The notes below the pieces were generated by a model. That model saw only the letters and a list, made by a program, of their open reading frames with translations. It ran no database searches and had not been told where the DNA came from. A stretch of 64,000 bases of DNA from a virus. Positions 33,588 through 44,323 of this stretch are shown piece after piece (within the stretch, counting starts at the first letter, position 1; each line of letters opens with the position of its first letter). A program made the position numbers and the translations under genes. The stretch lies in the IMG/VR virus record IMGVR_UViG_3300036823_000120, positions 30,583-94,582 of that record; one strand, 5' to 3'.

Positions 33588-36478
33588 TAGAAGTCACCTC
33601 CACCGCCAAAGTCGCCAGAATCCAAGTCACCACCGCCACCACCAAAATTACCCGCACCTTCATCAGTAATATCAGTATCATCCCCACTTCCTGTATCCTC
33701 TTCACCATCTGTACCAAAATCACCAGTATCAATATCGCCACCACCGCCAAAGTTTCCACCATCTTCATCAGCAATAGCACTAACCCAAATTGGAACTTGC
33801 ATCCATAAAGTTGTATCCATAAGCCCATCAACGGTTCTACGCCAGACTAATCTATGTACAGTAGCAGGTGTACCAACCTTAATAGTATCTTGTGAATTAA
33901 TAAGTAATTGAGTAACTTTTACTGTCTGCTGAGGATTTGCAAATCCACTGAACCAAACTGCAACATTATAAATCTGTGCCTCTTGATCAATGACATTTTG
34001 TACAATTCCTGGAAAACTTGCATTTACTGGATCAGTTATTATCGTTGATGTAATAGGATTAACTTTATATTTTAAATAATTATTAGTATTTTGAATGTCG
34101 CCAATTCTTGCAGGATTACCTGGTAAGCCTGCAACTGTCTCAGTATCTTGAAGTGGAGCAAGTCCATTAGCTGGCAAATAACGACCAGCAGAGTTTCTTA
34201 CAATACCCAAATAGTGTGTAACTGGAGTGTGTTGTTCAATAACAAATTGTTCTTGAGGAAATATCCCAGCAAGTTCAAACGGATTATCGCTATGAATATT
34301 TGGGTCATTAATTATTGGATAAACTGTACTTTCATCAAAAGGTTCAGCAAATTTATAAACAATCATTTCTCCAAAGCGAACTGGTAACCAAACTTCAATA
34401 TCAATTGTATTATCACTTGTATTGTAAGTAGCTTTTAATACAGTCCCAACAATTGGTCCATCTGCTATCAGTCCAGGCTCAAGATCAATGGTAATTGCAT
34501 CAAAAGTCTCAATACTAATCTTATGCAAAGCTGTTTTAAATTTCAATATTTTAAAAGTATTTGCATTTCTGATAAGCCAAAACTCAGCACTCTTTTGAAC
34601 GAGAGGTTCTTGAGTATAAGCATAAAAATTGTACGAACCTTCCTTAAAACCATATTGAGGAATATTATACTTATAAATTACCTTGAAATCTTCAGTTTGA
34701 AAAAGATTAGGTTTCCAAATTGCTGTATAGCTTGTGATCAGATTTTCTGTATCATTGCAAGTTATACTCAAACTATTTACTATAATATCATCATCTGTAA
34801 TTGTATCAGTTGGTGTTGGTTTCTTAGGTAGGTATCTAATAAAGAAAGTATCGTCATTAAGCCAAACACTACAGCACGCTTGATAAGCTATTTCGTGCAT
34901 AAATGCAACGACATTTTTCTTATCAAGCAAGGCAAAATTCATTGGATAAGGATCAAGTAACGTTTTTACTGCACTAAAACTAACAGGATCAAGTTTGAAG
35001 ACAGTAAAAAGCGTAATAACCCATGTCAAAATATCAATTGTATTTGGTCCAACTAAAGATGAAGCATCAACTTCAATTTGATCATTATCCCAACCTTCTG
35101 GAATAGTATTAACACCGTTAAATATAGTCTTAGCTGTAAGTGGAGAGTCTAAAGTGACCAATGTACAAGTTGTATTTCCAAACTGTTGATAACTAACTGT
35201 GTAATAGTTAGTAGGTAGAGGAACACGAACTTTACGCTTATAAGCAAAGACTCCAAGAACTTGAACAACAGTAACTGAAACAACAAATGTTAATGGAAAA
35301 TTCTCAACATGAATTTCAGTACCAGCGTCTACCCAAAGAAATTTTTGGCCAAATTCTACTGGTTGAGGACCGTTTCCATAAATATCAGAAGTCCTAATAC
35401 CATTTGCTGTTTCACCATGATCAATAGTATTTACATAAGTTTTATGGTTAAAATCTTCTGGAAACTTTCTATCTGTAACATGAAAATAACCATTATCATA
35501 AATACCATAATAAGTTGCAGAACCAAGCTTAAATTGTAAAAGAGTATTGCTTGGCATATTAACTGTATCAACTCTAAATACACCTTTATCATATGATTTT
35601 TGTTCTGCTCGTAATTGATCCTTTAAATTAATTTGCAAACTTATGTTATTTGCATCATCAGCATATGCTGACGATTGTGCAAAATAATTACTGGCCGCTA
35701 TATCATGCGATACAGCAGCCTGTGGATCGTCAGAAATAGTCCAAGTTGATGTAAAGCCACCAGATTGTTCGCCCTTGTAACGAGCAGCAGTTAAAGCTTC
35801 ACCTACGCCGTTGAGATAAGCATTTCTAGAATTAGTAATTGCTTGCTCACGTTGCGTGTCTAAATCATCAAGCTCCTTTTGCCAAACAGTATCATCTACT
35901 ACAGCAATTCCTTCACCAGTAATACCAGAAGGAGCTTCAATAATTGACAATGCAGGTACACCTTCAACAAAACCAAAAACAATTGGCCATGCTTTACCGA
36001 TAAGCTTTGGTGGAAAGATTTTGAACTTTCCATCTTCAACAGAGAAGCCGACTTCCACGTCTTCGATCTGTGTGACAGCATCAAAGCTTAATGTACGATC
36101 TCCTTCTTTCCATTCTATTGGACTTGATATTTGTCCTGTAAAAATTGGAAAGGCTTCACTTGGCGGTAAATCAGGGCACCATTGAAAAATTTTTACTTTT
36201 GTTTTGTGAATATCGGTAGTATTAAAAATTGTTTTTATTGTTCCATCTGTATCGTCTAAAACAATAGAAACTTGAGTTGTGCTACTTGAATTATCAATAC
36301 TAACAACGTCATCTAATGTGCCAATACTGATAAGCTTACCTTCATAACCAAAGTCTTCAAACTTTCTATCACTGTATATTATACCAGTGCCATTGCGCCA
36401 AAAGATTTTAACAAGTAAAACTGGTTCAATACCTGATTCAGAAAATTTAGCTAAAGCTACGGCAGAAAGTTCCCTCAT
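33587..36478 (-). CDS. tail tip / baseplate hub protein
   Basis: 963 aa downstream of the tape measure. IFTGQI, IGKAWPIVFG and FMHEIAYQA are typical hub motifs. Confidence 0.75.
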   Translation of the reverse strand: MRELSAVALAKFSESGIEPVLLVKIFWRNGTGIIYSDRKFEDFGYEGKLISIGTLDDVVSIDNSSSTTQVSIVLDDTDGTIKTIFNTTDIHKTKVKIFQWCPDLPPSEAFPIFTGQISSPIEWKEGDRTLSFDAVTQIEDVEVGFSVEDGKFKIFPPKLIGKAWPIVFGFVEGVPALSIIEAPSGITGEGIAVVDDTVWQKELDDLDTQREQAITNSRNAYLNGVGEALTAARYKGEQSGGFTSTWTISDDPQAAVSHDIAASNYFAQSSAYADDANNISLQINLKDQLRAEQKSYDKGVFRVDTVNMPSNTLLQFKLGSATYYGIYDNGYFHVTDRKFPEDFNHKTYVNTIDHGETANGIRTSDIYGNGPQPVEFGQKFLWVDAGTEIHVENFPLTFVVSVTVVQVLGVFAYKRKVRVPLPTNYYTVSYQQFGNTTCTLVTLDSPLTAKTIFNGVNTIPEGWDNDQIEVDASSLVGPNTIDILTWVITLFTVFKLDPVSFSAVKTLLDPYPMNFALLDKKNVVAFMHEIAYQACCSVWLNDDTFFIRYLPKKPTPTDTITDDDIIVNSLSITCNDTENLITSYTAIWKPNLFQTEDFKVIYKYNIPQYGFKEGSYNFYAYTQEPLVQKSAEFWLIRNANTFKILKFKTALHKISIETFDAITIDLEPGLIADGPIVGTVLKATYNTSDNTIDIEVWLPVRFGEMIVYKFAEPFDESTVYPIINDPNIHSDNPFELAGIFPQEQFVIEQHTPVTHYLGIVRNSAGRYLPANGLAPLQDTETVAGLPGNPARIGDIQNTNNYLKYKVNPITSTIITDPVNASFPGIVQNVIDQEAQIYNVAVWFSGFANPQQTVKVTQLLINSQDTIKVGTPATVHRLVWRRTVDGLMDTTLWMQVPIWVSAIADEDGGNFGGGGDIDTGDFGTDGEEDTGSGDDTDITDEGAGNFGGGGGDLDSGDFGGGGDF

Positions 36479-36843
36479 AGTCGTTCTGCCTCCAACTCAA
36501 GAGATATTAAAAATGTACTATCACTTTTTTGTTGTATAGAAGCATTTGGATTAGTAATAAGTGCAGACCATTCTATATCATCTTGATCGATATAATTGAA
36601 TTCTTTACCAAGAGTTTTCTTAATAAAATTTTTCATTTTATCTACGTCATCCTTATCTTTGCATCTTAAAAGTTGAAAATTTAAAATAAGCTTTTCAATC
36701 TTTGGCCATTCTTCATCGCGGAATATAATAACATCTCCACCTGACGTACTTCTGGAAATTCTCATATAATCTAATGAATTTTGATTACCCATTTCAGGAT
36801 CACGAAGTTCTAGAACAATATCTTCAAAAGTAAGAGTAACCAT
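36475..36843 (-). CDS. distal-tail (Dit)-like protein
   Basis: Position before the hub. RSTSGG...LILNF...MKNFI...Y.D pattern. Confidence 0.6.
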   Translation of the reverse strand: MVTLTFEDIVLELRDPEMGNQNSLDYMRISRSTSGGDVIIFRDEEWPKIEKLILNFQLLRCKDKDDVDKMKNFIKKTLGKEFNYIDQDDIEWSALITNPNASIQQKSDSTFLISLELEAERL

Positions 36844-36846
36844 ATT

Positions 36847-37344
36847 TTAACCTGAAATAAAGTATTTACTTGGTTTGTACACGGAGGCTCCTTGTGCGAA
36901 AACCAACGTATGTTCAATATCTTGAGTATTGTCAATTTGTAAAGCTACTTCTTGAGCAAATATAATACTATTTATTGAATTATACTTTACAAGTTCAACG
37001 GTTACAGATTGTGCTAAAGTGAAAATATCTTTTGAAGCTTTTGCTGATTCAACTTCTACCTCTTGAACTAATATCATTGGAGTATAAGCAACTTCAATGA
37101 AATCTCTTGGTGATACAATTTGTGTAAAAGGCAACACGTTGCTTACTGACAGTTGGTATACAGACCTACTGACAATAGCAACGTGTTGTAGCCATAAGCG
37201 ACTAGCAACTTGCAGAACACTAGGACTTTCATGTATAGTAGACGAGAGCCTTAATGTATGGCGAATATGCTTCCACTTGATATTAGTATCAGTCACTTGA
37301 CTAAAACTTAAAATATTAAGTGCTGTAAGTTGATAAACTGCCAT
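36847..37344 (-). CDS. LxFxQ-repeat virion protein
   Basis: About 20-24-aa periodic LSFSQ/LPFTQ/LVFAQ repeats. Confidence 0.7.
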   Translation of the reverse strand: MAVYQLTALNILSFSQVTDTNIKWKHIRHTLRLSSTIHESPSVLQVASRLWLQHVAIVSRSVYQLSVSNVLPFTQIVSPRDFIEVAYTPMILVQEVEVESAKASKDIFTLAQSVTVELVKYNSINSIIFAQEVALQIDNTQDIEHTLVFAQGASVYKPSKYFISG

Positions 37345-37347
37345 TGA

Positions 37348-37823
37348 TTACTCCGTAGAAGCAAAAGAACCAAAGTGCTTATTGGCTGCTTTGCTATAAG
37401 CCTCTTTTGCCTCTTCGACTGTATCGAAGTAACCTAGATGGTGCCTGATTGTATTTACTCTAATATAAGCTTGGTATTTTTGAACATCTTCTCGCCAGAT
37501 GACGCCTTTAACACCAAGCTTATTATTTGAGTAATTTGGTTGATTAGCACGATTCTGTGTTCGTGTTGCTTCTCTTAAATTTTCTCTTTGGCAATTAAGT
37601 TTGTTTTGATCTTTATGATCTATTTCAAAAGTCAAACTTAATCCCATTTTTCTTGCAACTATTATGTGAAGTCTTTGTTGTTTTTGTTAATATCAAAGAA
37701 ACAAGTGGCTTCTTGAATATAGCCATTCTTTTCAAGATACCAAGAACAAAAACAAAAAGCCATATAATCATCATCAGAAACTTGAATTTCTGAATCTGAA
37801 TTTGTTAAAATCAAGATTTTCAT
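37348..37823 (-). pseudogene. HNH-AP2 endonuclease interrupted by a frameshift
   Basis: N-terminal half MKILILT...SWYL joins in the -1 frame near 37683 to RLHIIVARKMG...IDHKD...AP2. Confidence 0.8.
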
Positions 37824-37866
37824 GCATTTCCTTAGTATGATCTTAAGCTTATGCTTCAATAAATAA

Positions 37867-38439
37867 TTAAGCTGAAATTGTATAGGTCACTTTTAATTGA
37901 TCGCCTGACGTAACTGGCACGTCACCAGTAAAGAGTGCCGTAGCCCAAAGAGTTCCAGTTGTACCACCCTTTGTGGACTGAGAAGTAACAAAAATACCTT
38001 TCACAGTACCAGTCGCATTAATACTGAAAGTAACTGGAGAGGCATTTGTAATTGCTTGTGAAGCAGGATCGCCCGGTCCCCACGCTGGACGAGTGGACTC
38101 AGAGTAACCAGTAAATTCAGTCCAACCACCGTGGCTAGCCATCGTATCGCCAGCAGCCAAAGCTGAATAGCCTGAAAGACTAATCAAACTTAAGACCCAT
38201 GCACTTCCAGCAATTTGAGTAGCGTCTGAAAAGTATACATCAAAAATACTATTTTTTCCAGCATTTGTAATATCATTATTAAATGCATAAATATCCTTTA
38301 AATTGCCATCTTTATCGACATGCTCAACACGAAAACGACCCTTCATCTTCTTCTTATGTTCAATTTCACGACCACGAATTACTTTACAGCCCAAATCATG
38401 ATCAAGATTAAATTGACTGGCTTCGAGTTGCATTATCAA
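37867..38439 (-). CDS. virion structural protein
   Basis: NDITNAGK...WTEFTGY...GTLWA...GDQLKVTY, a common tail or fibre-associated protein type. Confidence 0.7.
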   Translation of the reverse strand: MIMQLEASQFNLDHDLGCKVIRGREIEHKKKMKGRFRVEHVDKDGNLKDIYAFNNDITNAGKNSIFDVYFSDATQIAGSAWVLSLISLSGYSALAAGDTMASHGGWTEFTGYSESTRPAWGPGDPASQAITNASPVTFSINATGTVKGIFVTSQSTKGGTTGTLWATALFTGDVPVTSGDQLKVTYTISA

Positions 38440-41400
38440 GTCCCTTGAGTGATGTTACCACGACGCATTTCACGTCGTATTTTATTCCAAACTTGACGCC
38501 CTGTATCTGCACCGTCCTTAGCTTCATTCACAATGATCGTGATATCACCAACGGTACTGGTAGAAGTGTTGCCTCCAAGAACACTTGCATTAGTACCTCT
38601 ACGATCCTTATTTATTTGAGTTAATAGATCAGCATTTAAAGATGCTGACTCAGCATTAACCATGAACTCACCATCACCAGCATTGACTTTATACTTGTCG
38701 GCACCAATCATTGATGATTGACTACCAATCCAACCACCAAAAGCATTATTTCCAGGCTTATCTATACCTGGAGCAATTGTAGAACCAGTTGTTGGCTCTG
38801 GCGGAGCAACACTATAAGGTTTGCCAATACCAGTCGAATTTCGTGGTTCAAAGTTTGTCAAACGTTCTTTTAAAGTTTTTATTGCTTCTGCTAAAGATAC
38901 CATTGCATCAGCAGTTTGAAGAGTAACATCAGCAGCGCGTGTATTTGCTCTTCTTAATTCTGCCATTCCTGGAAGAGATTCAAATTGACTAAGTATTGGA
39001 TTTAACTTTGTATCATATTCTTGTGTTATCCTTTTCCTATCTTCATCAGTGTGTAAAAGACTAAGAGCATTATTTTTCAATTCTGTTGGTAACTTTTTAA
39101 GTTCGTCAATTAACTCACCATATGTTACACCTTCATTTCCTTCGACAGCTTTACTGCGCCAGTTTGGACCATTAATCTCTTCGAGAGCTTTACTTACTGT
39201 AGCTGTAAAAGCACTTGATGTTGTATCAAAGTTCTTTATATTTTCTATTTTAAATCTAGGCTCTTGTCCAGGTATTTGTTCTTTATCTGTGTCTAATTTC
39301 TTTAATGCTTGTAAATATTTTTCTTGTTGAAGCTTTGCCGCATTAACAACTGGTGTCATAATTGTTTTTGGATCAGCAATTGGTCCAAAAATAGTTTGCA
39401 AAGCTGAACGACCAAAAGTAGCTTCTGGATCTGTTAATCTTGGAATAGTAGATTTTTCAGTTGATGCTGCTAAGATTGATATATCTTTTTGTTGCTTTAT
39501 AAGAGTATCGGTTTGTTTTTTATTAGCTTCTAATTCCATTTTTAATTGTTTTTCAGTAGCTTGTACTTTTTGTTGAGCTTCCTTAACATTTTCAGTATTT
39601 CTATATGCCACAAGTTCTTGTTCTTTTTGCATTCGTATTTTTGCTACTAATAATTCAACTTGAATTAATTCTTCTTTTGTTCCGCTTTTGCGAACTGCTG
39701 CCAATAATTCATCTGAAACTTTATCAAAACCTGATATACCTGCACTAACATCAAGTTTTTGACTTAATTTGTCTTGATACTCTTTCTTAACGCCACCACC
39801 TGCATTAGTTACAGAAAAAGTATTATATGCTTTAAATTTATCTTGAACAGTTTTTAAATTTTCTTCTTCTTGTTTCTTTTGTTCTTGTAAAGCTATATTT
39901 TCTTTTTCTTTTTCTGCTTTTAGCTGCTTATATAAGCCTAATCTTAAAAAGTAAAGATTATTTAGTCTTGCTTCAGCAGCTTCAATTAATGGTCTTGTTT
40001 CATTCTTATACTCTTGATCTGTCATCTTATGTTCATAAGGATTTTGAGCTTCATATTGCTGCTGAGCTTGTTTTCTAGCTGCTGCTGTAGCTTTAATACC
40101 TTCAATTTCAGCAGCTAAAACTTCACTATATAATTTATCAGCTTCTTTAATATTTTCAATATCGAAAGGCTTTTTAGCTGCCTCTCTAAGAGCTTTAGCC
40201 TGAGCTATATTTTTATCATAATCAAATGAATATACACTTGTTTGCTCAAGTCTTTCAGCTTCAGTAACTGCTGCTGGATTACCAGTAGCAAATTTCAAAG
40301 AAGCTCTAGAAAGTAAAGCTTGTTTTCTATCTTCAATGAATTTAACTTTATTTTCTGGATCAAGATTAGCTAAGGTTTCAGCGTCCAATGCTTTGTTTGC
40401 ATTAATTTGAAAATTACCTAATTCTTTTTCAGCTTCTTTAACAGCAGCTTTATTATCTGTAATAGCTTTTGTCGTTTTTCCAATATTATCTTTCAATGTG
40501 CTTGTGAAAGTTTCAAAACTTCTTTCAAATTCTTTTGTAGATGCTTTTCCTTTTTCAACAAGTGCATCAAGAACTTGACTAGTTTGAATAGAAAATTGTG
40601 CAAGTCCCTGTAAAACAAATTGAAAGCTTTTTTCACTTCTTTTTTCAAAATCATCGCCACCAATTGGCTGTAATTTTAGTGCATTTGTTTTAACTATTTC
40701 TTCTCTTACTTTTTTAATACGATCATTAAATTCTTCGAAATTATTAGAGTGGCCAATAACATTATCACCAAATACTGCACTTGTAACTGCTACTGCTGCA
40801 ATTGCAGCAATAATACCTAATATTGATGCAGACATTGCTATATTTGCTGCTCGAACAGCGGCAGCAGTTCTAACTGCACCTATACCGGCAGCATTAATAG
40901 CTACATTGAATGCAATAACAACGGCAGTAGTGGCTGCACTTGCAGTTCTGAAAGCAATAAATGCAATTAGTAAATCTCTTGTAGCAACAATTGCTAAATT
41001 CAAACCAGCAGATAGACTTCCATCACCTGTAAAAATTTTACTTACTTCACTAAAACCTTGTAATAATTGCTTAGCTAAATTAATAAGCTTTTGACCAATA
41101 TCCACAGTAAAAGTATTACTTAATTCATTAAATTCTTTATTTAACTGTGCTGCTGGTGATTCATTAACAATATCCTTTGCATTACGAAAATTTGTAAGTA
41201 ATTGTTTTGTGTCCTTAGCTTTATCAATGATTCTTTCAAAATTCTTAAAATCATCAATTGCACCTTGAATTGGAATATTAGCTCTAATTTCAGGGAATAA
41301 TTTAGCTATATCAAGATTTCCACCAGCAATTTCAGCTTTTAATTTTTGAAGGACACCTATCCAACCATAAGTTTCAAAAGCTGCTTTACCAGATTCAACA

Positions 41401-42344
41401 CCAATACTTTTAAAGAATGCTTGTAATTGAACTGAAGGCTTTTCAAACTGAATAAAAATATTCTTTAAAAATGTAAAAGAGTCTTCTGTAGTAACACCTT
41501 TTTGTGTTAAAAATGCAATTGATCCTGCTAGTTCTTTAGTTGAAATACCTAGACCATTTGCAATAATTCCAACACGACCAAAAGTATTGGCCATATCTGA
41601 CATTTTTACTCGGCCTTCATCAATCGTATAAAAGAATAATGCATTTAATTCTTCTGTACTACCTATTGCAGAACCATAAGTATTCATTGCAGATGCCATC
41701 AAATTTCCAGCATCAGCTACAGTTCCACCAGTAGTTTTTGCTAAATCAGCAGCATCTTTCAAAAATGGAAAGACGGCATTACCTTTAGCAACTTGATTAG
41801 AGACAGCATCATAAGCAGCTTTTGAGACATCAGCTATAGCTAAGCCACTTTCATTTGAAACCTTTTTAATACCATCAGCCCAAGCATTAAAACTTAATTG
41901 AGAATCTTGAGAAATAGTTCGAATCAAAGAAATTTGAACTTGAAAATCTCTAGCATTATTAAATCCATCTTTTAAAGCATCATTCATTGCATTGAGGGCT
42001 TTAAAACCCACAAAGCGTTGAAACATGCCAAAAACTTCATTAATAGCTTTCCCGACGTCATTAAAAGTATTTTTTGTTGTATTTGCAGAGGCATTTAATT
42101 CATCAAACTTAACTTTAGTAGTAGTTAATTTACCTTTTATACTTTCAAGAGTAGCTGTAAAAGCTTTACCACTAGAGTCAATACCACGCATAGTTCCTTC
42201 GATAAGCTTACCATTCTTATCGTAAGAAGCCGATTCAAGAGCAGCCTCTCGAATTGTTGCAGTAGTTTTGGCAATAGCATTAGCCATTGCAGTAGCAGCG
42301 TTTACTACGCTGCTAGTATCCATAGTAACGCCAACTGTTGCCAT
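38436..42344 (-). CDS. tape measure protein
   Basis: 1302 aa, Ala-rich and helical, TP901-like core, hydrophobic segments, C-terminal GEFMVNA motif. Confidence 0.92.
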   Translation of the reverse strand: MATVGVTMDTSSVVNAATAMANAIAKTTATIREAALESASYDKNGKLIEGTMRGIDSSGKAFTATLESIKGKLTTTKVKFDELNASANTTKNTFNDVGKAINEVFGMFQRFVGFKALNAMNDALKDGFNNARDFQVQISLIRTISQDSQLSFNAWADGIKKVSNESGLAIADVSKAAYDAVSNQVAKGNAVFPFLKDAADLAKTTGGTVADAGNLMASAMNTYGSAIGSTEELNALFFYTIDEGRVKMSDMANTFGRVGIIANGLGISTKELAGSIAFLTQKGVTTEDSFTFLKNIFIQFEKPSVQLQAFFKSIGVESGKAAFETYGWIGVLQKLKAEIAGGNLDIAKLFPEIRANIPIQGAIDDFKNFERIIDKAKDTKQLLTNFRNAKDIVNESPAAQLNKEFNELSNTFTVDIGQKLINLAKQLLQGFSEVSKIFTGDGSLSAGLNLAIVATRDLLIAFIAFRTASAATTAVVIAFNVAINAAGIGAVRTAAAVRAANIAMSASILGIIAAIAAVAVTSAVFGDNVIGHSNNFEEFNDRIKKVREEIVKTNALKLQPIGGDDFEKRSEKSFQFVLQGLAQFSIQTSQVLDALVEKGKASTKEFERSFETFTSTLKDNIGKTTKAITDNKAAVKEAEKELGNFQINANKALDAETLANLDPENKVKFIEDRKQALLSRASLKFATGNPAAVTEAERLEQTSVYSFDYDKNIAQAKALREAAKKPFDIENIKEADKLYSEVLAAEIEGIKATAAARKQAQQQYEAQNPYEHKMTDQEYKNETRPLIEAAEARLNNLYFLRLGLYKQLKAEKEKENIALQEQKKQEEENLKTVQDKFKAYNTFSVTNAGGGVKKEYQDKLSQKLDVSAGISGFDKVSDELLAAVRKSGTKEELIQVELLVAKIRMQKEQELVAYRNTENVKEAQQKVQATEKQLKMELEANKKQTDTLIKQQKDISILAASTEKSTIPRLTDPEATFGRSALQTIFGPIADPKTIMTPVVNAAKLQQEKYLQALKKLDTDKEQIPGQEPRFKIENIKNFDTTSSAFTATVSKALEEINGPNWRSKAVEGNEGVTYGELIDELKKLPTELKNNALSLLHTDEDRKRITQEYDTKLNPILSQFESLPGMAELRRANTRAADVTLQTADAMVSLAEAIKTLKERLTNFEPRNSTGIGKPYSVAPPEPTTGSTIAPGIDKPGNNAFGGWIGSQSSMIGADKYKVNAGDGEFMVNAESASLNADLLTQINKDRRGTNASVLGGNTSTSTVGDITIIVNEAKDGADTGRQVWNKIRREMRRGNITQGT

Positions 42345-42351
42345 AATACCC

Positions 42352-42909
42352 TCAAGTTATTTTTCTCAGTAAGAATTTTCCTACTTGAGGGAATTCTTTG
42401 TTAATATTATTTCTAAGATAAGCTTCCATTGCATCAGTGCCGGCTTTGAATGCACCCCATACGGATCTATCAAGAAGATCAACGTAAGTAATATTTACTT
42501 CAAATTTAAAGTAAAAAGCAGTGCGTCCAGTAGCTAATGATGCACCAGTCAAATTCATAATTTGATTTGAGGGAGTAGCAAAATCTCTACCACTTTGTGT
42601 TGTTTTAAGAACTCTACCACCGCTGCCAGTATAATATTCATTTGACCGTCTTAAATCACGTCCACCGCCACGAGTACCACGAATTCGAAAACCACCACTT
42701 TGAGAATCAACATTGACTTTGCCCGCAATATCTTCTAAATTACGAAAAGCACTACGAGCAAAGCCAGTGCGAACTGGAATTCTTGGAACAGCAGCTAATA
42801 GAAAAGCACGCATACCTTTAATTAAGACACTTCTTAAATGTATTTGAACTTGTGCAAGAAAAGCAATTTTATCAAATTCACCTAACGAAGATGTCCATTG
42901 AGTTTTCAT
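42352..42909 (-). CDS. HK97 gp10-like neck/tail completion protein
   Basis: RIPVRTGFARSA motif. Confidence 0.6.
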   Translation of the reverse strand: MKTQWTSSLGEFDKIAFLAQVQIHLRSVLIKGMRAFLLAAVPRIPVRTGFARSAFRNLEDIAGKVNVDSQSGGFRIRGTRGGGRDLRRSNEYYTGSGGRVLKTTQSGRDFATPSNQIMNLTGASLATGRTAFYFKFEVNITYVDLLDRSVWGAFKAGTDAMEAYLRNNINKEFPQVGKFLLRKIT

Positions 42910-43573
42910 ATTTGTGCCCTTGCCATCATTGCTGCTATTTGAAATTCTTCATGTTCACGAATTTCCATGTAAGCAACAAGCTTTGCTTGTGCCCACGGAC
43001 TTAAGTCTTCCCAGCGGCCTCTGATACCCTCTGGTCTAATACTGAAACGCTCGCAGGCTCGCCAGATACAGAATTCGAAGGAACGACCATCCGGGATAAC
43101 AAGTCGTCTGCCTTGGCTTTTTCCGAAGACAAAAAACGGGCACGAGCTTCCTCAATAAGACTTGTACTCAAACTATTTGCCTTAACAAAGTGTGACCAGA
43201 TTGCATTCAATTCACCAATTGAAAACCCAGCCTCTTCCATCTCTACACGCCAAAGATGCCAAGTTCCTGGATCATTGAGAATAACTCGACTCCACTCTAA
43301 TCCTTCAGTAGCATTAATTGAAGTCAAAAATTGCCAGTGAGTTTGTCGAGCCGCCCATTCATTTAAAGATCGCTTAAAATCTTTATCTTCAAAATTAAAT
43401 GTTACTTCTCCGCCAGTCCTTTTAACTTTTGGCGGAGAAGGTTCAGGACACATTTTCTCAAAAGCTTTTGAATCAACAACTGCTCTAAATTTAAAAACTA
43501 AATCTCCAGAATCTCTTGGTAGAACCAAAAGCACTTCATTTGGTTGATCGACAACTTTTCCATTAACTTTCAT
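42906..43573 (-). CDS. tail assembly chaperone, -1 frameshift product (gpGT-like)
   Basis: Slippery T TTT TTG at 43136-43130. The -1 frame is open to TGA 42906, which overlaps the next ATG. Confidence 0.75.
43001..43573 (-). CDS. tail assembly chaperone (gpG-like)
   Basis: Lies between the tail tube and tape measure genes. Confidence 0.8.
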   Translation of the reverse strand: MKVNGKVVDQPNEVLLVLPRDSGDLVFKFRAVVDSKAFEKMCPEPSPPKVKRTGGEVTFNFEDKDFKRSLNEWAARQTHWQFLTSINATEGLEWSRVILNDPGTWHLWRVEMEEAGFSIGELNAIWSHFVKANSLSTSLIEEARARFLSSEKAKADDLLSRMVVPSNSVSGEPASVSVLDQRVSEAAGKT

Positions 43574-43584
43574 TTAATTATCCT

Positions 43585-44316
43585 TTACTCTTGGTCTAGA
43601 CGTATAACAGTTGCTTCGGTTGCATTGCACTTACCAGAGCAACTAATCATCCCACCCTTTGGATCATGGTCAAGCTTTTCATATCGGAAGTATGGCAGAA
43701 TGACCTTTTCTATCTTCAAATCCACGCAAGGTGGAGTATGAATTACTTCGATATTTACTGAAAATGGACGACAAGATGCTTCTGAATCAAGATTATCACT
43801 TGAGTCCCAGTTTGCTGCTCCTCCACGTTGCTTTAAAACATCTTCAGGAGTCGGCGGATCGGCATCAGGATCACTTGAAGTAAGTTCAATATACATAATT
43901 TGGAATGTGACATCCATCGGAGTATCGTCGCCATTCCTAACCTCACTAATTTTACCTCGATCAAGTTTGTATTCACGAGTCTTAGTTTCAGTCCATTTAA
44001 TATCACCTTCCCCAACTTTCATCTTTAAAAAGCGAGTACCAGCAGTTAAAGCTTGATTATCAACTAAAGCTTCTTTCAATCCTGGTGAAATAACAACAGT
44101 TGTTGTATTCATAGTTGTTTCAATCGTGCTTACAACACGATAAACAAAATCATCACCAGCAAACATTATACGTGAACCGGCTGGAATCTGACCAGTCACA
44201 TCGGCAACAACGATAGACGTTGCACCAATCGTATAACCAGCCATCAGATTCACAGTCCCAGTCATTACATTACCGTCAACAAGAAAAACTTCACAGTTTT
44301 TCAAATCAATCAACAT
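43585..44316 (-). CDS. major tail (tube) protein
   Basis: Position, GGAG RBS before MLIDLKN, and KVGEGDIKWTE..REY..DRG. Confidence 0.7.
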   Translation of the reverse strand: MLIDLKNCEVFLVDGNVMTGTVNLMAGYTIGATSIVVADVTGQIPAGSRIMFAGDDFVYRVVSTIETTMNTTTVVISPGLKEALVDNQALTAGTRFLKMKVGEGDIKWTETKTREYKLDRGKISEVRNGDDTPMDVTFQIMYIELTSSDPDADPPTPEDVLKQRGGAANWDSSDNLDSEASCRPFSVNIEVIHTPPCVDLKIEKVILPYFRYEKLDHDPKGGMISCSGKCNATEATVIRLDQE

Positions 44317-44323
44317 GTTATAG

